This document shows, in pieces, positions 58,219-64,000 of a stretch of 64,000 nucleotides of DNA. This stretch comes from an uncultured Chloroflexia bacterium (lineage in GTDB: Bacteria > Chloroflexota > Limnocylindria > Limnocylindrales > CSP1-4). How positions within the stretch are numbered: position 1 is the stretch's first letter; each line of letters opens with the position of its first letter. The stretch covers positions 64,001-128,000 of the forward strand of contig CAVXPZ010000004.1 in the NCBI GenBank assembly GCA_963763775.1. Direction: 5' to 3'. The notes under the pieces were generated by a model, which was not told the origin of the DNA, did no database searches, and saw only the letters and a program-made list of their open reading frames with translations. The position numbers and the translations under genes were made by a program.

Positions 58219-59508
58219 CTAGGTGGTGGAGATCTCGGCTTCGGCCTCGGCCACCTTGAGCAGGATGTTCGAGCGCATGGTCTCGAGCCCGGTCCAGACC
58301 GCCTTGGTCGCGTTCGAGATGGACGTCAGCGAGGCCTTCAGCGTCCGAACCTGGTCGAGCTGCTCGCGGATCCCCGTGAGCGCGGCCGCGATGGCCGCGG
58401 GGTCGAGCTCGACCTCGTGCTCGGCGAGCGACGTCAGCGCCAGGAGGCGCGCCAGGCGGACCGCCGCCTCGAGCGTGGCCGGCTCCGGCCCGTCCGGGTC
58501 GACGACGCAGTAGACGTCGTCGCCGACGAGGCTGAACGGCGCGACCCCGGCCGGCGCGTGGGCCGGCGTGAAGATCGCCAGTCCCACGGCCGCGCCGCGG
58601 TTCTCCTTCGCCTCGCGAAGCTCCTCGCGGATGGCCCGCATCGACATCGGGCGGTCCTTCGCCTCGATGACGACCCGAAGGTCGCAGCCGCGCGCCACCC
58701 GCGCGTCGACGGTCAGCACGAAGTCGCCCTTCTTGGATTTGAGCACGGCCCCGGTCTCCGTGCCGGTCCGGTCCAGGAGGTCGCCCGCGCCGCGGGCCAG
58801 CTCGCCGAGCATCGTCTCGAGGAGGTCCTCGAAGTCGGCACCCTTCGCCGCGGACTTGGCACGCTCGGCGCCGCGGGCCGCGGCGGCGGCCTCGATGGCG
58901 ACCAGCCGCTCCTCGAGGCTCTTGAAGCCCGCCGTCATCTCCATCCGGAACTGGTGCATCGGCGAGTTGAGTCGCGTCGGGTCGAGGAGATGGGCCAGCT
59001 TCGAGGCATCGCCGTCGAAGTAGGTCTCGAGCATCCGGCCGATCCGGCCGATGGCGCTGTCGCGCTTGGTCTCGTCGAAGAGCTCGTCGACCATGCCCCG
59101 CAGCGCCCCTCGGTCGCCGAGGAAGCGCTCGAGCGTGCGGGGCAACCGCCCGTCGCCGTCGGCGAAATTGGTCCGGAGCGTCTGCTCCAGCGTCGCGGCG
59201 GCCCGCTCATTGACTTGCTCGGCCTGGCGCACGAGACGCTCGAACTCGGCCTTCACGACATCGACGTTGACGGTGACGCCCGCGTCCTGGAGCGCGAGCA
59301 GGCCGATGCGCAGGCCGCGCTCGACCAGGGCGGGGCGGTCGTCGCCGGGCCGCTCGGCCAGGAAGCCGGCGAGCGCGGGGTCCGTGACGACGAGCCGCTC
59401 GATAAGGATCCGGTCGCCGTCGAGGCGGACGCGGGTCGGCAACGAGGTGGGTTCCGCGCTCGGCACGGAAGTCGGCGTTGGCAGCGGTCGGATGACGGCG
59501 GTGTCCAT
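58219..59508 (-). CDS. Coiled-coil protein with PD-(D/E)XK core (RmuC/DUF2130-like)
   Basis: Helical N region; KGADFED...KGDFVL...VIEAKD; C-terminal coiled coil. Confidence 0.75.
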   Translation of the reverse strand: MDTAVIRPLPTPTSVPSAEPTSLPTRVRLDGDRILIERLVVTDPALAGFLAERPGDDRPALVERGLRIGLLALQDAGVTVNVDVVKAEFERLVRQAEQVNERAAATLEQTLRTNFADGDGRLPRTLERFLGDRGALRGMVDELFDETKRDSAIGRIGRMLETYFDGDASKLAHLLDPTRLNSPMHQFRMEMTAGFKSLEERLVAIEAAAAARGAERAKSAAKGADFEDLLETMLGELARGAGDLLDRTGTETGAVLKSKKGDFVLTVDARVARGCDLRVVIEAKDRPMSMRAIREELREAKENRGAAVGLAIFTPAHAPAGVAPFSLVGDDVYCVVDPDGPEPATLEAAVRLARLLALTSLAEHEVELDPAAIAAALTGIREQLDQVRTLKASLTSISNATKAVWTGLETMRSNILLKVAEAEAEISTT

Positions 59509-59515
59509 GTCCGGC

Positions 59516-59550
59516 ACGTTGACGGTGCGCCGTGACACCTTGCGTGTCAC
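59516..59550 (-). promoter_or_regulatory. Palindromic operator and PafBC/RecA-NDp-like promoter
   Basis: GTGACAC-N5-GTGTCAC at 59532-59550; minus strand TGTCAC-N10-CAACGT-N7-ATG. Confidence 0.5.
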
Positions 59551-59646
59551 TTCCGATCGCCGGTTCTCGATCCGCGTCCTATCATGTCGCGGCCGCCGCG
59601 GCGATCGAGCCACGACGTGCCTGCTCACGACCGTCGTCGAGGGGAC

Positions 59647-61779
59647 ATGTCTCGCGCTCGCGCTCCACATCGCCTTGCCTCGCGGACCGCCACGCTCATC
59701 GCTGCCATCGGGTTGGTCGCGGCCATCGTGACGCCGGCCCTCGCCGCGGATCCGACGACGCCTCCGCGACGCTCCGAGGCCCTCCGGCCCGACCGCCCGG
59801 CGTGGGATGCCGCCACAGCGCAACCGGCGACGCTGGCGGTCACGGGCACGCAACTGATCGTGCGGTTCCGCGACGGATCGAGCGGCGCCGAGCGGCGCCG
59901 CGCCACGGCCCTCCCCGGCGTGACCCGCCTCCAGGACCTACCGTCGAGCGGCATCGCGGTCGTGCGCACGGCCGACGCGGACCCGGCCGCCGCGATCGCC
60001 GCGATCGAGGCGGATCCCCGGGTCCTCGACGTCACGCTCGACCACCAGTTCTTCCGCGACGACGACCCCCAGGGCGAGTCCTTCTGGTCCGAGCAGTGGG
60101 GCATGGACAACACGGGCCAGCTGATCTACCAGGGCAAGGCCGGGTCCGCGGGGCGCGCCAACATCGATATCGACGGGCTCCAGGCGCTCGGCGTCACCGA
60201 GGGCGACCCGAGTGTCGTCGTCGCGGTGATCGACGACGGCGTCGATTTCAGCCATCCGGACCTAGCCGGGCGCGCGTGGACCAACGCGGGCGAGACCGGC
60301 ACCGACGGTGATGGCAACGACAAGCAGACCAACGGCATCGACGACGACGGCAACGGCTACATCGACGATGTCCACGGCTGGGACTTCTGCAACAACGACA
60401 ACACGGTCCACGACTTCGACGAGGACTTCCACGGCACCCACGTGGCCGGCACGATCGCCGCGTCGCTCGACGGCGAGGGCGTCGTCGGCGTCGCGCCGCA
60501 GGTCCAGATCATGGCGCTCAAGTTCATCAACGGGACGTCCGGGTGCGGCCACGAGTCGCAGGCCATCAAGGCGATCGCGTACGCCAAGCACTTCGGCGTC
60601 CGGATCGCGAACACGTCCTGGGGCGTCCGCGCGAGCAAGAACGCCATCCCGGCCCTCAAGAGCGCCATCTCGCACTCCGGGATGCTCTTCGTGGCGTCGG
60701 CGGGCAACTACGGCATCAACAACGACACCGATGCCTTCCCGGCGTTGCCGGCCACTTACGACCTATCCAACGTCCTGTCGGTCGCCGCGGTCGACAACCG
60801 GGGCCGGATGCCGGCCTTCTCGGACTACGGCAAGAAGACCGTCGACATCGCGGCCCCGGGCGTCGGCATCCTGAGCAGCCTCCCGGGCGACTCGGACTTC
60901 CCGGATCCGCACTGGGGCTGGCTCGACGGGACGTCGATGGCTGCGCCGCACGTCACGGGCGTCGCCGCCCTCGTGATCTCGCAGCTCCCCGGCCTCGCAT
61001 CGAACCCCGCGGCCGTCAAGGCCCGGATCCTCGCCACGGGCAAGTCGGTCGCGGGCGCGCGAGGGCGGACCACGAGCGGCAAGATCGTCGACGCGTTCCG
61101 CGCGGTGGACATCGATGGGCCGACCGCCGAAGCGCCGAACGCGTTCGGGTTCGCGCGAGGCTCCATCCTGGGCCGCTCGACGGTCCGGGCGCACGCCGGG
61201 TGGCCCGCCGCGACCGACGACTTGACCGGCGTCTCCGCCTATCGCGCGGGCCAACGCACGGATTCCGGTGCGTGGACCACCCTCGTGAGCGAGACCACGG
61301 CTCGCTCGGCATCGTCCACCTTGAAGCTCCGCCACCTCGCGACGTTCCGGGTCCGAGCCAAGGACGTGTCGGGGAACTGGGGCGCCTACGTGAGCGGGCC
61401 TGATGTCCGACCGTCGGTCGCCCAGGAGACCGGCGCCGGCGCGGTCTACGCCGGCGGGTGGAGGCACTCGCGGAGCTCGTCCTGGTCCGGGGGCACCACC
61501 CGCTACGCCCGCAAGGCGGGGGCGACGGCCACGTTCACCTTCAACGCCCGGGCCTTCGCCGTGGTCGCCCCGAAGGGCCCGACACGCGGCTCGTTCCGCC
61601 TGTACATCGACGACGTGTATGCCGGGACGATCTCGCTGAATCGGTCGTCGTCGCAGGCCCGGGTGCTGGTCGCGACGAAGACGTGGACGGACCTCGGCGA
61701 CCACACGGTGAAGATCGTCGTGGTCGGGACGGCGCATCATCCGCGCGTCGACGTGGACGCCCTCGTCCTGATGCGCTAG
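59647..61779 (+). CDS. Secreted S8 subtilase with FN3-like and C-terminal beta-sandwich domains
   Basis: IDDG, HGTHVAG and GTSMAAPHV triad; DDDGNGYIDD..GWDF insertion; signal peptide. Confidence 0.93.
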   Translation: MSRARAPHRLASRTATLIAAIGLVAAIVTPALAADPTTPPRRSEALRPDRPAWDAATAQPATLAVTGTQLIVRFRDGSSGAERRRATALPGVTRLQDLPSSGIAVVRTADADPAAAIAAIEADPRVLDVTLDHQFFRDDDPQGESFWSEQWGMDNTGQLIYQGKAGSAGRANIDIDGLQALGVTEGDPSVVVAVIDDGVDFSHPDLAGRAWTNAGETGTDGDGNDKQTNGIDDDGNGYIDDVHGWDFCNNDNTVHDFDEDFHGTHVAGTIAASLDGEGVVGVAPQVQIMALKFINGTSGCGHESQAIKAIAYAKHFGVRIANTSWGVRASKNAIPALKSAISHSGMLFVASAGNYGINNDTDAFPALPATYDLSNVLSVAAVDNRGRMPAFSDYGKKTVDIAAPGVGILSSLPGDSDFPDPHWGWLDGTSMAAPHVTGVAALVISQLPGLASNPAAVKARILATGKSVAGARGRTTSGKIVDAFRAVDIDGPTAEAPNAFGFARGSILGRSTVRAHAGWPAATDDLTGVSAYRAGQRTDSGAWTTLVSETTARSASSTLKLRHLATFRVRAKDVSGNWGAYVSGPDVRPSVAQETGAGAVYAGGWRHSRSSSWSGGTTRYARKAGATATFTFNARAFAVVAPKGPTRGSFRLYIDDVYAGTISLNRSSSQARVLVATKTWTDLGDHTVKIVVVGTAHHPRVDVDALVLMR

Positions 61780-61823
61780 GTCCGCCGGCCGCCGCGCCCG
61801 ACCCCAGGGAAGCCTCGCCCGCC

Positions 61824-62192
61824 TCAGCTCCCCCGGTAGGTCGTCATCGAGTACGGCGCGAGCAGCAGCGGCACGTGGTAGCTGCGGGTCGGGTCGGTGA
61901 TGCGCAGCTCCACCGCGAGCTTCGTGAAGAACGTGACGTCCTCGTGCGCGACGTCGAACTCGAGGCGGTAGTCGCCGGCCGCGAGCGGGCGGTCGAGGAG
62001 GTCGCGGACGCGCCCGTCGCCGTCGGTCAGGGCCTGCGTCATCCGGATCGGCTTCTCGCCGACGTCGAGCCGGTAGAGCGTCACGTGGACGCCGACCGCG
62101 GGCGTGCCCCGCTCGGTGTCGAGGACGTGCGTCGAGATCGTGGGCCGGGTCGGCAGGGTGGCATCGGGGGCGTCGCTGGGCTGGGCGGCCAC
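61824..62192 (-). CDS. uraH: 5-hydroxyisourate hydrolase (transthyretin-like)
   Basis: STHVLD, DGR, YHVPLLLAPY and terminal YRGS motifs. Confidence 0.93.
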   Translation of the reverse strand: MAAQPSDAPDATLPTRPTISTHVLDTERGTPAVGVHVTLYRLDVGEKPIRMTQALTDGDGRVRDLLDRPLAAGDYRLEFDVAHEDVTFFTKLAVELRITDPTRSYHVPLLLAPYSMTTYRGS

Positions 62193-62206
62193 GCTATCCT
62201 CCGCGG

Positions 62207-62630
62207 ATGGGAACGTTGCGCATCGAGGTCGGCGACCTCCACTTTAGCGCCCGCTGGGACCCGGCCGCTCCCCGGACGATCGACGCCATCCGGCGGATGC
62301 TCCCGATCGAGTCGAAGCTGATCCACTGCCGCTGGACCGGCGAGTCCACGTGGATCCCGTTCGGCGACTTCCGGCCCGGGCCTCGAGTTCGAGAACCACA
62401 CGTCGCACCCGGCCCCGGGCACGCTCGCGATCTACCCGGGCGGCATCAGCGAGTGCGAGATCTTCTTCCCGTACGGCGGCTGCACGACCGCCTCGAAGGT
62501 GGGACAGCTGGCCGCGAACGTGTTCGCGTCGGTGGTGCCCGACGACGGCTGGGACGACCGCCTCCGCGAGGTCGGCCGGCGCTGCCTGTGGGACGGTGCC
62601 CAGACGATCCGGATCAGCGAGGTCGAGTGA
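62207..62630 (+). CDS. DUF3830-like cyclophilin-fold protein (frameshifted)
   Basis: IHCRWTGES.WIP, ENHTSHPAPG...YPGGISECEI..PYG and LWDGAQ across frames. Confidence 0.75.
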
Positions 62631-64000
62631 CCGACCTGGTCATCCGCGGCGGGACGGTCGTCACGGCCGCAGGGTCGCGGCGGGCGGACGTCGCGGTCCG
62701 CGGCGGCGTCATCGAGGCCGTGGAGCCGGACCTCAGCGGACCGGCGGCGGCCGCGGCCGAGGTGGTCGACGCGACCGGGCTGCTGATCCTCCCCGGCGCG
62801 GTCGATGCGCATACGCATACGCGCGTCGCCTCGGACCAGCACCCTGACCGGTTCTTCCAGGATTCGATCGCGGCGGCGTTCGGCGGGACGACGACCTTCC
62901 TCTCGTTCAACAACCCGGGCACGGGGTCGTCGCCCGCGGCGGAACGGTCGCTTCGCGTCGGCGTCCGGGAGTGGCGAGTCGCGACGGACGGCGACAGCGC
63001 CGTCGACGTCGGGCTCGCCCTGGCGGTCAGCGGCCATGCGGAAGACCCGCTCGCGGAACTCCCCGCGACCATCGATGCCGGCGTCGCCACCTCCAAGGCG
63101 TTCATGGTGTTCGACTTCCGGCTCGAGGACCGGCGGCTCTTCGAGGCGATGCGGGTGATGGCCCGACGCGGCGGCATGCTCCAGGTCCACTGCGAGGACC
63201 CCGTCCTCCTTGACGCCGCGGTCGCGGACGCGCTGGCGCGCGGCGACACGGCGCCACGCTTCCACGCGACCACCCGGCCGCCGTACGTCGAGGCCGTGGC
63301 CACGGCGCGGGCCCTCGCCTTCGCCCGACAGGCCGACGCACCCGTGCATGTCGTGCACCTCTCGTCGGCGGCCGCGCTCGACGAGGTCCGTCGCGCCAAG
63401 GCGGCCGGCGTCCGGGTCACGGCCGAGACGTGTCCGCACTACCTCGTCCTCACGGACGACCGATACGACGACCCCGACCCGGCGGTGTGCGCTCGCTACG
63501 TGATCTCGCCGCCGTTGCGGTCAGCGGCGGACCGCGACGCCCTGTGGGCCGGGCTCGCGGACGGCTCGCTGGACCTCGTCGCCACCGACCACGTCGCCGA
63601 CCGCCTCGACACGGAGAAGGCCGAGGCCGCGCGCGGCGTGCCCTTCGACCGCATCTCGAACGGCGCGCCCGGCATCGAGACGCTCCTGACGATCCTGTAC
63701 GGCCAGGGCGTGGCCGCCGGCCGCATCACCGTGGAACGGATGGTCGACCTCATCGCCACGACACCGGCCCGGCGGTTCGGCCTGGCGCGCAAGGGCGAGG
63801 TCGCCGTCGGCAAGGACGCCGACCTCGTGCTGTTCGACCCGCTGGCGCGCCGGACGATCCGCGCGGCGGACCTCCATCACACCAGCGACTACACGCCGTA
63901 CGAAGGGCTGGACGTCGCGGGAGCGGTCCGCTCCGTGTTCGTGCGCGGGAGCGCGGTCGTTCGCGACGGCGCGTTCGTCGGCCAGCGCGGCCACGGCCGG
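62627..64000 (+). CDS. Dihydropyrimidinase/hydantoinase family amidohydrolase, 3' end beyond window
   Basis: LVIRGGTVV, PGAVDAHTH, GGTTT, SKAFM, VHCE, VHLSS, ETCPHYL, SPPLR, TDH and GKDADLV motifs; absent from the ORF track because no stop falls in the window. Confidence 0.92.
   Translation, partial: MTDLVIRGGTVVTAAGSRRADVAVRGGVIEAVEPDLSGPAAAAAEVVDATGLLILPGAVDAHTHTRVASDQHPDRFFQDSIAAAFGGTTTFLSFNNPGTGSSPAAERSLRVGVREWRVATDGDSAVDVGLALAVSGHAEDPLAELPATIDAGVATSKAFMVFDFRLEDRRLFEAMRVMARRGGMLQVHCEDPVLLDAAVADALARGDTAPRFHATTRPPYVEAVATARALAFARQADAPVHVVHLSSAAALDEVRRAKAAGVRVTAETCPHYLVLTDDRYDDPDPAVCARYVISPPLRSAADRDALWAGLADGSLDLVATDHVADRLDTEKAEAARGVPFDRISNGAPGIETLLTILYGQGVAAGRITVERMVDLIATTPARRFGLARKGEVAVGKDADLVLFDPLARRTIRAADLHHTSDYTPYEGLDVAGAVRSVFVRGSAVVRDGAFVGQRGHGR

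Noticed and set aside
9428-62630. Frameshifts in GT87, GATase, nei, VOC, A2M, eis, ligD and DUF3830 as programmed recoding or pseudogenes
   Set aside because: They are scattered across unrelated genes in GC runs, with no slippery heptamers and intact motifs. Long-read indel error is more parsimonious, though unverified without reads.

Overview
This is a very high-GC chromosomal window. The gene content and pervasive leaderless promoters suggest a soil or freshwater Chloroflexota- or Actinomycetota-like organism, which is an inference only. About ten genes carry small frameshifts, most simply explained as long-read indel errors. In order, the window holds: azlCD; a cyanophycin locus (cphB-cphA1-DUF2071 plus a second CphA-like protein with N and Mur-ligase domains but no ATP-grasp domain, divergent from an M20 peptidase and RidA); GT87, MFS and a class II GATase; an lhr-nei2 operon with a LexA-like box; an XRE-HTH/PD-(D/E)XK gene followed by repeated palindromes; mtnB-like, cupin, DUF6062 and an AcuC-GNAT fusion; tatA and mug; paralogous membrane proteins; NUDIX-MBL and YyaL; a secreted clan-CD-like protein; vapBC; an alpha-2-macroglobulin-like protein without thioester; a lower-GC PLD-helicase-DUF3427 gene; eis, ligD and ku; two S8 proteases, one behind a variant c-di-AMP-like riboswitch; an RmuC-like gene with a PafBC/WYL-type promoter; and a uraH/DUF3830/hydantoinase cluster. 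The best candidate for an undescribed system is the expanded cyanophycin locus. No tRNA, rRNA, CRISPR array or transposase was recognised. All family calls come from motif recognition by eye, with no database search.
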